A stretch of 64,000 nucleotides of DNA from Octopus sinensis. Lineage: Eukaryota. The stretch lies in the NCBI RefSeq assembly GCF_006345805.1, contig NC_042998.1:43338001-43402000 (forward strand). The letters run 5' to 3'. Made by a program: the position numbers and the translations under genes. This document shows positions 1 to 13,263 of this stretch, piece after piece. A model generated the notes under the pieces. That model was not told the DNA's origin, searched no databases, and saw only the letters and a program-made list of their open reading frames with translations. The number at the start of each line of letters is the position of its first letter. The first letter of the stretch is position 1.

Positions 1-229
1 TATGCTTTACCCAGAGCCGGATCAAAATGTCCGGGGAAGAAATGGGTTAAATTAAATACTAAGCATTACATAAATGGCTTCGTAGAGAAAGGAAAAGCTT
101 CGCATTCATCTCAGTTCTTTTTCGAGGGTCACAGCCGCGAAGTGTTCTGTTTGTTTAATGAATCTAAAGGCAATAACCACTGGGAAGCTGGATCCTATTG
201 TCTAATGAAGAATGGACCTTGTCCAAACA
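1..229 (+). CDS. Exon a (5'-truncated by window): ApeC/apextrin C-terminal domain, part 1
   Basis: Frame 1 open: YALPRAGSKCPGKKW...VFC...HWEAGSYCLMKNGPCPN, matching the ApeC YxLP..CP and W..G.YC..K.G.CP motifs; donor A|GTAAGT at 230, phase 1. Confidence 0.9.
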
Positions 230-495
230 GTAAGTGTTAATTATTAAGTAAGGGTTAATGTTAAGCATAAGTCATAGATAATTGAGTAGTTGTTTCATAT
301 TAAAAGCTTTACAATAAGTCATTCGTATAATTATTTTTGAACTTTGTTCAAATTTTATTGCATGCACAATGAGTGCAAGGATTAACAGAAGATATAAAAT
401 ATGCACCTATCAACTATATCCACTAAAATTGACAAAAAACTTTATAGGCTAACCAGGGAGCATCTTAGGTGGTCGCTCGATTTGCTAGAAATACC

Positions 496-727
496 TATTT
501 CTTTATTACCCACAAGGGGCTAAACACAGAGCGGACAAACAAGGACAGACATAGGTATTAAGTCGATTACATCGACCCCAGTGCGTAACTGGTACTTAAT
601 TTATCGACCCCGAAAGGATGAAAGGCAAAGTCGACCTCGGCGGAATTTGAACTCACAACGTAACGCAGACGAAATACCGCTAAGCATTTCGCCCGGCGTG
701 CTAACGTTTCTGCCAGCTCTCCGCCTT
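496..727 (-). mobile_element. tRNA-headed SINE family 1, full length
   Basis: Head GGCGG..AGCTGGCAGAA (A box) and GAGTTCAAATTCC (B box); imperfect 16-bp TSD ATTTGC(T/A)AGAAATA(C/T)C at 480-495 and 728-743. Confidence 0.88.
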
Positions 728-2111
728 ATTTGCAAGAAATATCGGTTTCATTCCACCCAGATCGCACAATAAGTAAGATAGCTATAGCTATACTCTGTTC
801 TAAAATTAGATGGCAATGTCATGGTTGAAACATTTCGGTCTATAAGCTGGCTTGATTTGAGCTGACACGGAACTACACGGTAATAGTAACAATAGCAACG
901 ACGTAAACACGTTCCTAACAAAATTGAAATTGACGTCTGTCTCTGTCAATTGTGCTGATTTGCTCGAAGTCACAAAATATAAAGGAAATGGACTAGATAC
1001 TGTAGTGTCCTTGACATTCTTCAAAAGGGCAACAGACGCAAAAATGAAGTCATGGTCTCAACTAGGATCGCTGTAGTCATAGCGAGTAGGAAGTTTGGCT
1101 TTTACTCCACTGTTCCTATTAACGAATATTGGTTTCAAATTTTGGTACAAGGCCAGCAAGTTTGGGAAAGCGGCTAATTCGATTACATCGATACCAGTGT
1201 TCAGTTGATAGTTATTTTATCGACTCCGAAAGGATGAAGGACAAAGTAGACCTCGGCGGAATCACGTTAACGAATATTAACTACAGTGACTTTAACTATG
1301 TGACTTTAGTAATATTAAAGCGTCAAACCAGCTTTATTTCATCACGTAGATCGAATTAAAATAAATGCTAATTCTCGGCTAAAACCAATTTGAACAACAA
1401 AAATGTCATTGTACCTAAAGAAGAAATCTGTTTTATGATATAGAAAAGAATAGAAAATTGTTGCTGTTGTTTAGACCCTCGCAAGCCCAATCAAATTAAT
1501 ATACGATCAAAATTGTTTCAGCTATGGCTATTGTTTTCTTTCTTTTACCTTTTTAGAGATAATTTATTCATATAAGGTGGTATTAAACATTGTACTCATT
1601 TTAGAGGCAGCAAAATATGAGGTCAGCCAGATTCAGTTGCTATATCGATTTCAGCGCTCAACTGGTACTTATTTTATCGACTCTGAAGGGATAAAAGGCA
1701 AAGTCGACCTTGGACTCTACATACATACATACATACATACATACATACATACATACATACATACATACATACATGCATACATACATACATACATACATAC
1801 ATACATACATACATACATACATACATGTATGTATATATGACTATCTTTGTCAGTACATAATAGAGTTTTATTGAGATAATTTTCTATTCAAACTTTATGG
1901 AAATATAAAACAGTAATCCAGAAATACTGAGTTTCTTCCCTCTTGTAAGATTTATTCTCTTTCTAGTTTATTTCTTCGTTTAAAGAGGCAATTTATCAAT
2001 TATTCCCATTTCGAACATATAACCGTAAGGAAATCATATGACCCATAAATTCAATTGATTTCCTTTCACAAAATATATACTTGTCTATTATAATCGTTTT
2101 AATGGATTCAG

Positions 2112-2285
2112 AATTTCAGGAGGGATACGTGAAAATATACCAGTCTAATAAGAAATATCGAAGTACAATGTATAGATATTGTTGCCGGAAAGATGGTGCT
2201 GCAATAAAACCGATAAAACTACCAATATCGCATCCGTTTATCTTGTTTATGTCAAACTTGTATGAAGTGTGTCAAGTCGTAAAAG
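2112..2285 (+). CDS. Exon b: ApeC domain part 2
   Basis: Acceptor TTCAG|; (K)FQEGYVKIY...YRYCCRKDG...PIKLPISHPFILF...CQVVK (ApeC YCCR.DG, I.LP...PF.L, CQ.V motifs); donor G|GTAATG; phase 1-1. Confidence 0.9.
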
Positions 2286-3061
2286 GTAATGTCTTTCTTT
2301 ATTATTTATATTGGTAAATAGTAGAAAATGAAGTTACTATTGTTTATTGGGTATCTACTTTGATATTAAGCAATTTGACGATATCTTCAAAAGAATATCT
2401 TCAAAAATGCTAAAGATTAAAATAAATAAACAAGAAATAACTCAGCGTCAATAAAATGACATTTCTGGGACAAGTATAAATGAGTGAAATGTTTGTAAGT
2501 GAAATCACTAAAGTTCCTTAATAAATCTATCAACTACAATGATATTAAGAAGACAATAATAAATAATCCAATTTAAACTATATCATTAGAAATCAAAGAT
2601 GTTTTATGGTGGCTATCATACATCGGTGATAAGTTCTCAGTGCTTCCTCAACATAGTTTCGAGTTCTTGTGATTCTCACGGGAAAGGTAAGAACATTACA
2701 GCTTCCCTTTCTTTCCTTAACAGCTTGTTGTTTTGTGATGAGAAATCGATATTGCACACTTTTCGAAAGTTTTATCAACAGTTCTCGTAATATTCTGTTA
2801 ATTAAAAAACTACGAAATATTTATTCTGGTTATTTTGATTAGTAATCCATGTGCATAGATAGTTTTAAATTTTTGTCAGATGTGACAGCACTGACAACTC
2901 TTACTAGGGTCACTGAGACTGGCGGTTTAATGTCTCCTCAAACAGGGGTCCTGACTCGAACACTTGCAGTAGAGTGAACTCAACTAAAGGCTCGCAAGAT
3001 TTTAGGTGGTGATGTTAAACCGGACGGCGTATTAAGTCTACCAGACAAATAGCCTATTTTT

Positions 3062-3211
3062 GTGACGTGTATCATAACGTGTCGTCGTGACGTGTCGTCG
3101 TGATGTGTCGTCGTGACGTGTCGTCGTGACGTGTCGTCGTGACGTGTCGTCGTGACGTGTCGTCGTGACGTGTCGTTGTAACATGTCGTCGTGACTTGTG
3201 TCGTGACGTGT
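3062..3211. repeat. 13-bp CpG-rich minisatellite (GTGTCGTCGTGAC), about 11 units
   Basis: Direct reading. Confidence 0.92.
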
Positions 3212-4678
3212 ATTTAACAAGTTAGAGAGAGACGCAAAGGGAGAAATTACGAGTCAGTCAGACGAGAACTACCAGCCGAAAAGAAGAAAACGAAAAGAAG
3301 AATAAGAACTCACTTCCGATGAATAACAATTTCTTCAACGAACGTTTGGACATATAATCAAACAGATAAAAGATTATTGCAATTGAATGCTGTATTTCCG
3401 TGTCTTGATATCGAAGTATTTATCTCCTTTGTGATTACAAACGAGGTTTTCACAAGACTGTCATATTGCTATATTCTTTGTTGCATTGAAGTCTGTATTT
3501 CTGTTCAGTCATTTTTCTGCGTATCTTTGATAATGAAATATTTATCTCTATTTTATGTTAATAAACTAACAGTTTTCACAAGACATCATCTGCTAAATTT
3601 GTCTTATGAAGTCCGAATTTTCGGTCAGTCATATTTTCTTCGTATCTTGATACCGAGATATTTATCTCTTTTTTATGGTAACAAGGGAACAGTTTCCACA
3701 GAAAATTGGCGACGAGGATGAAATAAAATAAAATAAATTTTCTTCGATGAATCGTTAAGCACTTTCATAAGCTGTGACAACGTTTGAAATTGAGGAAATT
3801 ATCAGATCGTATTTTTAAAAACTGACTTACATTGGTTCACACAAATGTATTTTGACGAATTATGAGAATTATTTCGAAATGCATCGATTACTATTTAAAA
3901 TGTATTTCCATATTTCCGGTGAGCCATCCTTTCTTCATATCTTGATACTGAGATATTTATCTCTTTTTGTGATAACAAACTAACAGTTTCCACAGCTATA
4001 GTGGTATTTGAACTCGGAAGGCAAAGAGCCGGAACAACTACTGCAAAGAAACCATTCTGCCGTTCTTACAGTTCTGCCAGTCTATTACCCTGAACCTACC
4101 TTGTAAGAATGAAAAGTAAAGTTTTCCTCGGTGGAATTTGAATTAAAAGAATTGGCTTAACTACCGCGCAAGCATTCTACCCGAAGCTATAACAACTCTG
4201 CCAAAACGCCGCCTAGTAACAGAAATTATAACCCGGAATAAATTTAGTAATTCTGAACTGAAGAGAATGGCAGTACTACAATATTATTCTCAGCAACTAA
4301 GTAACGTCAACAACGCTGACAATAGAATCACTTGTATAGATAGTACTTCTCGTAAATCAGTAAATATACTCAGATGCATATTCTAAGCGGATAGATAAAA
4401 CAGTTGTGAAAATGAATTGAAAACGCCCACTCTTTTATAGATATTGATGCTGTGGTATAACTTACATCAAAAGCTTTTTATAATAATAACTTCCATGTTT
4501 CTGAATTTCTTGTGCTTTCGTATATACGTATGCTTTTTTGATTTGAAATTATTTTTGATATTACTGAGATTCGATTATAGAATTTTTTCTTTGATATTAT
4601 AACAATAGTTCATCAAACTCAACAGAATGAGGAGATGTACGTGCTAAAGATGTCAGAAGATTTATTATATATAGATGA

Positions 4679-5077
4679 CTAGCAGTATCGCCCGGCGTTG
4701 CTCGGGTTTGTAAGGGAAATAACTATATAAGCATTTTTAGAGAGTTATAGCCAAAAAAATAGCAAAAAAATGCATTAGAAATGGAAATAAAATGATGGTA
4801 AATTTTTTTTAAATCGTTGACTCATCGTAGACATTTTTAGAGAGTTACTTCCCTTATATAATAGCGAAGAAAATGCATTAAAATGGAGAAAAATGATGGT
4901 AAATTTTTTTTTAAATCGTAGACTCATCGTAGACGCGCGCTAATACCCAGAAGGGCTCGTTATGAATCACGACTATAAGATACCCGGTTTTGGTTAAACT
5001 GCACCGCAAAATGTGGGAGTAGTTAGGAATCTAAATCGTAGGAGACAGACACACAACTTGACTTTTATATATAAAGA
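4679..5077 (-). mobile_element. Non-autonomous Helitron
   Basis: Minus strand A|TC...CTAG|T, no TSD; hairpin CCCGAGCAACGCCGGG 8 nt before CTAG. Confidence 0.85.
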
Positions 5078-5311
5078 TATTGCGCCGATGAGTTAAAAAT
5101 ACTTTGCGTTCGATTCCAACTTTATGTTTACTTTCGTATTCGTATTATCTTCCTGCATTACATTCTGTTGACGGAATTCTAACGCAATTACCAATCATTC
5201 TTCATTGATTCATCTGTAAAAATAAAATAAAATAACATCTAAAAGATTTTATAGCAATTATATTATCTTCCTTGTACATTGATTTGTAAAATCTAATCTA
5301 ATTTCTTTTAG

Positions 5312-5452
5312 ACATGGCATCTTACATCGAAGAAATTAATTACTTAAGACATCGAGGAATTAGGACATCATTTGGTGGTGAACATCCGCATGTTTACAAG
5401 TGGAAATCTGGTTTAAAATTTAAATATTGTTATTATGTTCCTTTGAAACAAG
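5312..5452 (+). CDS. Exon c: ApeC domain part 3
   Basis: Acceptor TTTCTTTTAG|; (D)MASYIEEINY...GGEHPH...LKFKYCYYVPLKQ (ApeC terminal G.HP and L.YCYY); donor G|GTGGGT; phase 1-1; not in the ORF track. Confidence 0.88.
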
Positions 5453-6216
5453 GTGGGTAATTAAAAATCCAAATATTCTATAGAAACCTACATAGTAGAT
5501 ATACAAACAGAGTAAACTGAACTGTTTGTCCGTAGATTGAAAAAAAACATGATTAACAGCCATAATCGTTTCGACCCTTATTAAGGTCTCATCATATTTG
5601 TTCGCATCATTTAACCAACCCCAAAGAAATAAGCAGCCAATCTGTTTATGTACACAACAAACCCGGTAGCTTTAGAGTCCTGGAGGTTACTAATTTGCAT
5701 ACTATGAAATTGTGTCTGAACAGAATTCAAAATATTGTTCATGATAAATAGGAAATTTTAAACGGTGTCTCAGCATGACCACAGCTTTAAGGCTGAAACA
5801 ATTTGAAGGAAATAAAAGTGATTAAAACATTTGGGAAAACACAATTTTACATGAGTAAATGAACGTTTTTCTAATCATTTGTGGTTATAAAACATTCGTA
5901 ACCGAATGACGCTTAACTGATAAACTAAAACGAAATCTGATGACATACACAACACTTGAAGTTTGATAACCCAGAGCAGATTTTTGCAATCATAAGTATA
6001 ACCAGTACTAAACACCGGTTCACAATATCTACTGCTTAACAGGATGTACTCTACAACTGCCAAAAGTTACTATTGTAGAAACGATCAGTTTGATTTAAAG
6101 ATAAAAATGATTCATAACCGGCTTACTGGTGCTCAGTACGACATGCTTGTTTGGATATATATATAGGTTAGAATATTATAAGTGTTATGATATTCTAACA
6201 CTTATATATACATATG

Positions 6217-6250
<34 letters not shown>

Positions 6251-6306
6251 CATCATCGGAATGAAACAGTTCTAGTCCTGTAGAAGCTCCTTCTATAAAA
6301 TAAAAA

Positions 6307-6404
<98 letters not shown>

Positions 6405-6619
6405 CATATATACATATGCACACATATACACGTGTAAAAGGTTGAATGTGGATTCGTCCTTTAATTGGAGTGGTTTTCAAAAAGATTTCTACCGTTGATT
6501 CTTCATATTTAACTGTTAGCTAACTGGCCTAAGATTTATGTATATATGAAATTATTGCATGTATATCCCATAACATTTTCTCTTCTTCATTTTAAACATA
6601 TTTGTTGAGTTTGTAAGGG

Positions 6620-8050
6620 ATACTTTTCTATAAATTCTCATAACATAGATTCTGGGATTGTAATCGCTCCTGGGCGAGTGTATCCTGTAAGTTTTTCGTT
6701 CGGTTTTGCGTGCTGGGCTTGGAATTTTCCAGCATTAAACTGCATATTATTGTCCTCAGCCCATCTGTAAATTGAGTCTACCTCCTGCTGCAGGCATGCA
6801 ACATTGCTAGGGTTTTGTATTTTCTGCTGGACATTCACATTGCCTGCGCAGCTAGCAAGAGTGGATATCCGGGCAGCTGAGGACATATCTGAAAGGGCTA
6901 CTATGAAAAGCAGTGGTCCCAAGACAGTGCCCTGTGGAACACCACTCACTATTCGTGTTTCCTTCGAGGTGGCTCCATTGGTCACCACTGTTTGTTGTAG
7001 GCACAGCGATAACACTTTGCTTTTTTATACGGACAATCTTTTTTCAGGTGCATCCCACCGCATGCTATGCATGGCTCTACATCCCGATATTTTTTCTGTT
7101 TTTCATGCAACGCTTTATGTGTTTTCAGACTTTTTGCATTGGTCTTATGTGGAAACACTCTTTCTGTTGAATTTCTTCCGTGTCATACCTTAAATTTAAT
7201 AGCCTGTCACACTTTTCCAGCAGTTTCTGCACTGTCAAATCCTGGTTCATTTCCAGTTTTGATAGAATTTTCGTTTGGATTTCTGCATCCCTTCTATCTA
7301 TCAATCATCGTGCAAAACTCAAACATTTGAAAATATCTGGTGTAAGCATATCTAGCCTAAATGTCTTACATTCTTTGTTGACTCAACCTGTGTAAGTAGT
7401 GAAGTCTTCATCTTCCCTTTTTTCTATGTTTAAACATTTTCATCTTTCCACCTAGTAATAAAGAGTGAGCACTTTTCACTAAACATTTTGCATAAAATGT
7501 CAGCTGTGTCGGTGAAATTTATGTCGGACATTTTTTGACGATATGAAGTAACTATACTTCTCATGCTCTGCTGCTGCAAGTTTTCTTAAAACTAGACGAG
7601 TTTTCCTTTCCTCCTTCCAATCTTTATATTCTTTTTCGAATATTTGTTACTCCTTCGGGGTCCTATTTTAATTCGCTTATGGAATTTGCTACATGTTTAG
7701 GAGAAAATATATTCTCCGGTTTGGTTATCAACCTCATTAATTGCAACATTTGCTGTTCCTTGAATTGTTGCTGTTTGTGCAAATCAACTATCCCAGCTAA
7801 CAAAGCCTTCCATATTTTATGAATTTCGTAAGTTTACACAAGATTTTTGTTTATTTTTTTTTCCCTCCGCATAAATTTGTCTTCCCCCGTCGCCACTGTT
7901 GTAAAGTGGTCTTTTGCCACTTTTACATATCTTTTGACGACGGTTGTCAATCTGACCGATATTGTTATATTCCGAAGTCGTTGATAGAATGCTTTTATCT
8001 GGCACTGTACGACCCCCCCCCCAGTCTTACAGTGATATTATCCTCAAAAG
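6620..8050 (-). mobile_element. Decayed CR1/L2-type LINE fragment (RT, with weak EN remnant)
   Basis: ORF 6638-7015(-) contains [14 protein letters not shown] and QFNAGKF. Confidence 0.8.
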
Positions 8051-8244
8051 GTTGGACCGATATACCATCCACTCAGTTTCAAAGTTTAATTACTATATCT
8101 GCACAGACACGACTATCAAAACAGTCTACACGTAGAAAACTGAAAGAGCTAATAGTTTCATGCAATTATGATACTTGAACAAGCATATTAATAAAATACG
8201 CCATCTTTCAGGATCTTTTTTTGCGTTATATATATATATATATC

Positions 8245-8351
<107 letters not shown>

Positions 8352-8832
8352 TGTATATATATGTAAATATATATATATTGCAATGTAAGTTATATACCAT
8401 TTCCAAACATACCTGAATTCACTATAATAGGATAGCTTCTGCTTAGCAACGATCAATGGTACCACAACACTTGACACCCCAGCGATAGTCAGTTTGATTT
8501 AAAGATAAATGACTCATAAGAAGTTAACTGGAGCTCAGTCCTACATCCTTGTTTGGATGTCTCTTCTCAGGCTTAGTACTCAGTTGTATATATATATATA
8601 TATATAAGAAATATTGAATTTCTAAATCTCTCGTAGAGACATGTACGGTGGTGGGGCGATAGAATGTTTGTATACTGTCAATCTAACAAGAACGTGACAG
8701 TAGGGGGTACACCACCGCTGTATAGCTCTAGGAAGCATCGAACGCCTCCTGATAGCTTTGACACATTTTTTCCCTGTGTCCTTATGTACATATACGAAGG
8801 GGATACAAACACCCCCGGCTGCCGGAACTGCA

Positions 8833-8878
8833 TCTAGGGACACCGTGTTTCAGGATCGTTGTCCTTCATCGGCCTAGA
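8833..8878 (-). ncRNA. Type I hammerhead ribozyme motif (U4C core variant)
   Basis: Exact reverse complement of 9182-9227. Confidence 0.75.
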
Positions 8879-9181
8879 GTAGCAGACACCGGTCAGCTGG
8901 TGATATTTGCCTCGACTTCGTAATTGTATATACCTATATTCAGTGAAGTTTAATATAGCCTTCCTAGGGCTATACAGCGGTGGTGTACTCCCTACTGTCA
9001 CGTTCTTGTTAGATTGACAGTATACAACCATTCTATCGCCTCACCACCGTACATGTCTCTACGAGAGATTTAGAAATTCAATGTTTCTTATTTTGATAAT
9101 CAGTGATTAAACTTCACTGAATATAGGTATATACAATTACGAAGTCGAGGCAAATATCACCAGCTGACCGGTGTCTACTAC

Positions 9182-9227
9182 TCTAGGCCGATGAAGGACA
9201 ACGATCCTGAAACACGGTGTCCCTAGA
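9182..9227 (+). ncRNA. Type I hammerhead ribozyme motif (U4C core variant), GUC cleavage after 9221
   Basis: TCTAGG-CCGATGA-AGGA(CAACGA)TCCT-GAA-ACA(CGG)TGT-C-CCTAGA: 6-bp stem I, 4-bp stem II, 3-bp stem III. Confidence 0.8.
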
Positions 9228-9405
9228 TCCAGTTCCGGCAGCCGGGGGTGTTTGTCTCCCCTTCGTATATGTATATAAGGACACAGGGAAAAAATGTGTC
9301 AAAGCTATCAGGAGGCGTTCGATGCTTCCTAGGGCTATACAGCGGTGGTGTACCCCCTACTGTCACGTTCTTGTTAGATTGACAGTATACAACCATTATA
9401 TATAT

Positions 9406-9561
<156 letters not shown>

Positions 9562-10497
9562 TATGCATATATATATACATATATATATACATATATATAT
9601 GTAAGTATATATTTGAGTGTGAGCGTGTGTGTGTTTATCCCCCTACATCACTATGACAACCGATGTTGGTGTGTTTACATCTCCGTATCTTAGCTGTTCG
9701 GCAACAGAAAACGACAGAATAAGTACTACGCTTACAAAGAATAAGTCCTGGGTTGTTCGACTAAAGGCAGTGCTCCATCCATAGCTGCAGTCAAATGACT
9801 GAAACATGTAAAATATTAAAAGAATATGATATATATATATATATATATATATTATGTGATCGAACGCCATGCATCTTTTTCTAAGTATGTTTTATCTTAA
9901 TAATTACGATGCGCACTCTTATTCTATTTCTTTTCTGTCTATCTTCCTGTCTTCTTCTTCCTTTCTGTTTTTATCTCCCACCCTTTCCCTATTCTTCTCA
10001 TTTCCCATTCACCATTCTCCCTTTGTCTCTCGTTGCTCACACGTAACCAACGGCCATTTTCTCTTTCTTCCACTTCCTTCCTAAAGACAATACGTGCTTT
10101 TGTCTGTCTCTTCTCAAGGCATTTTTTTCCAAGCGTTCACCGCTTCACATTGTCTGGGCTTAAGAGCCTTCACCGTTTGTTTTTACTGTTTTGTTCTTAC
10201 TGTCCTGTTTTTGCTACCACTTCCACTCTCTGCAAAATATCCAAAATTTTATTTCATTTGCTTTGCGGGAAAGACTGTTTTAACGAAATCGCGTCTTGTC
10301 CTTACCTTCGGAACGCGGAATGGATAAGACAGGGGACAACTAATGAAAGGAGTGTTCTTTGTGTTGCGTGTCTCGTTGCTCATTCTGTCCACGTTCTTTT
10401 CTTTTATGCCCTGTACCCATATATGCATGTATATGTACATATATATGTGGGTATGTGCATATATGTATGTATACATGTATATATTCAAGTATTATTT

Positions 10498-10587
<90 letters not shown>

Positions 10588-10864
10588 ATATATACATACA
10601 CACGCACACACATATATATAGACAACCGAAAGAAACTACTAATAGTTTCATGGTATTATGATACTTGAACAGGCATATTTATAAAATACGGCATGTCTCT
10701 TAAAGCAATCTCTCGAGTTTATATATATTACAGTGAAAGTTATATATCTTTTATCTTGCACTTGTTTCGATCATTTGACTGCGACCCTGTTGGGTCACTG
10801 CCTGGAGTGGATTTTAGTCAAACAAATCGACCCAGGTGTTATTAAGTTTTTAAATCTCTTGCTT

Positions 10865-11200
10865 AAAAAATTACCTCCTCCAGGCATTTGATGTAGCACT
10901 CCGTGTTAAGTCTGAGGTCGTAAGGGAAGATGAGTGGAGGTATAACGTTGCCATCACTTGTGATCACTCCAAACACTCCATGATGCTGGCTGGATGTTTG
11001 ATTTTTATCAGTCTCGGTACATGTTTTGGGGACACGGCAAGCCAATGGTTGTTGTGTGTTCACCATCTGTTCCTATTGGAGCTTCCAGCGCGAATGCCAA
11101 GCAGTATAGCATGTAGTTTAAAAATTTCTGGCAGAGTGAATTGCTTCATGGGTGCTGTTTTTCTCACGGACGTTGCCCAACTAACCCTACAATACTGTGT
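10865..11200 (-). mobile_element. Tc1/mariner-superfamily transposase fragment
   Basis: VFGVITSDGNVIPPLIFPYDLRLNTECYIKCLEEV in ORF 10863-11066(-). Confidence 0.6.
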
Positions 11201-11435
11201 AGTCGACAAAATCAAAAACAAACAATGCTCATGTGCGAAACTAAAGATATAAAATGGTGGCAGTTTACCCATTGCACACGCTACATGCACACACACATAC
11301 ACACACCACACACACACACACATACACATATTATATATACATGTGAGTGTGTGCATGTGTGTGTGTGTGTGTGTATGTGTGTATTAGTAAGACAGAACAC
11401 AGCGCTTGGCCACCGGTGTAGGTTTGCACTTAATG

Positions 11436-11509
<74 letters not shown>

Positions 11510-11537
11510 AAGAAGAAGAAGAAGAAGAAGAAGAAGA

Positions 11538-12470
11538 AACAACAAAAGCTATAAAACAAATGAAATCCAAACTAAAACTAGAACAGCAAAGAACCATGAT
11601 AAAACGATGGCAAGAAAAGCCCCTTCATGGTAAATACTGGACTAAACTAAATGCAAAAGAAATAGACAAAGAAAAATCCCAGCAATGGTTGAGAAGCTCA
11701 GGACTCAAAGCAGAGACAGAGGGATTCTTAATTGCAGCACAAGACCAAAGCCTCCCCACCAGAAATTACCAAAAACATGTAATGTAAAGAAATATAACAA
11801 GTAACTGCAGAATATGTGGAGATGGACAAGAAATAATAAATCATATTATCTCTGGCTGCCCAGTCCTGGCTAAGAAGGAATATATTCACAGACATGACAG
11901 AGTTGGAACCTGCATACACTGGAAGCTATGCCAACATTATGGAATAACAACAGAAAAAAGATGGTATAGGCACACACCAGAAAAGGTCACAGAAAACGAG
12001 AAAGCAACCATACTCTGGGATATGCCGATACATACAGATAGAGAAATTAAGGCCAACAGACCAGATATAGTTATCAGAGATCATGAAGAAAAAATGCTTT
12101 CTAATTGATGTATCAATACCGACAGATGACAACGTGTCTCTAAAAGAAATGGAGAAACTTTCAAAATACAAAGACCTGGAAATAGAGGTAACCAGAATGT
12201 GGAATCTAAAAACAGAAACAATTCCTATCATAGTGGGTGCATTAGGTATGATAAAAAAATATTCAGACAAATACATAACAAAAACACCAGGACTTACAAA
12301 CACATATAACATACAGAAAATTGCACTACTAGGCACTGCACACATCCTACGCAGAACACTTTCCATACAATAACCATCAGAGCATCACAACAAATCACAG
12401 CACATACCCAAGGCACACAGAGCTGCGCTCGGTAGTGAAGTAAAAGCACGCTATAAAAATAAAACTACTA
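11538..12470 (+). mobile_element. R4/Dong-type non-LTR element, 3' part (CCHC plus REL endonuclease)
   Basis: LKAETEGFLIAAQDQ, CRICG...HIISGC, RHD, RPDIV, IDVSIP, KLSKY; (TAA)n/(GAA)n upstream and TAA downstream. Confidence 0.88.
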
Positions 12471-12489
12471 AATGATAATAATACTAATC

Positions 12490-12905
12490 TCATGGTTTAA
12501 GATTTGAGAATAGGAAACCGGACATAGTCTTAATTGAGAAAGAAAACAAACTATGCTGGATCACGGACATAGCATGCCCAGTTGACAACAAAGTATGCGA
12601 TAAGGAAGGAAAGAATGTCGAGAGATATGAAAGGTTAGCTTGGGAAGTTAAGCAGTCGGGGTCAATGAAAAAGATAGCAGTAGTACCAATAATTTTCGGA
12701 GCCCTGGGAACAGTGAGCAAAAATCTCGAGAAGTACGTGGAATAAATAGGGACTGCAATAAGGGTGGAGCATTTGAAGAAAACAATAGTGCTTGGAACCG
12801 CCCGAATACTCCGGGAGGTGCTCGAAAAATAAGAGGTGTTACCTTAGTTCACTGGTAGTGAACAGCTGACACTGTAGTACATCTCTAGCGTTATAAGCTG
12901 TGCAA
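12490..12905 (+). mobile_element. Second R4/Dong-type family, REL endonuclease 3' end
   Basis: KPDIV...DIACP..NKV..K....ERYERL...VVPII.GALG; between TAA tracts. Confidence 0.75.
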
Positions 12906-12910
12906 AGGGA

Positions 12911-12922
12911 ATAATAATAATG

Positions 12923-12983
<61 letters not shown>

Positions 12984-13000
12984 TGATGATGATGATGATG

Positions 13001-13060
<60 letters not shown>

Positions 13061-13062
13061 GT
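12911..13062. repeat. (TAA)n/(TGA)n microsatellite, representative of many SSR tracts
   Basis: Others include (TACA)n 1719-1826, (ATCT)n 18018-18110, (CA)n 21919-22027, (TAA)n 48498-48730, (GAA)n 11480-11537 and many (TA)n blocks. Confidence 0.95.
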
Positions 13063-13223
13063 AGTAGTAGTAGTGCCATTGTAATCTAGTGAACGATATT
13101 TCGACATCTTGTGTATCTTCAACTGGTTCAAAAAATAAATTTGTCAATCTACTTCATTTTGGTTAATATAAAAAGGATTGAGGTAACTCCCCTTCAATCC
13201 TTTCTGTATTAATAATAATAATG

Positions 13224-13263
<40 letters not shown>

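Larger units (their letters stand above)
8605..9397. repeat. Compound inverted repeat (PLE pseudo-LTR-like)
   Basis: 8605-8954 forward; 8960-9090 is the reverse complement of 8605-8735; 9106-9397 is the reverse complement of 8663-8954. Confidence 0.9.

Noticed and set aside
2593-2790. Overlapping short ORFs on both strands
   Set aside because: No motif, and exons b and c join directly within the ApeC domain
3062-3211. CRISPR-like regular repeat
   Set aside because: Head-to-tail 13-mers without unique spacers, eukaryotic context, no cas genes
5561-5600. Hammerhead-like motif on the minus strand (TGATGA-GACC..GGTC-GAAAC)
   Set aside because: C3 is replaced by A and stem I has only 2 pairs; at most a dead relic
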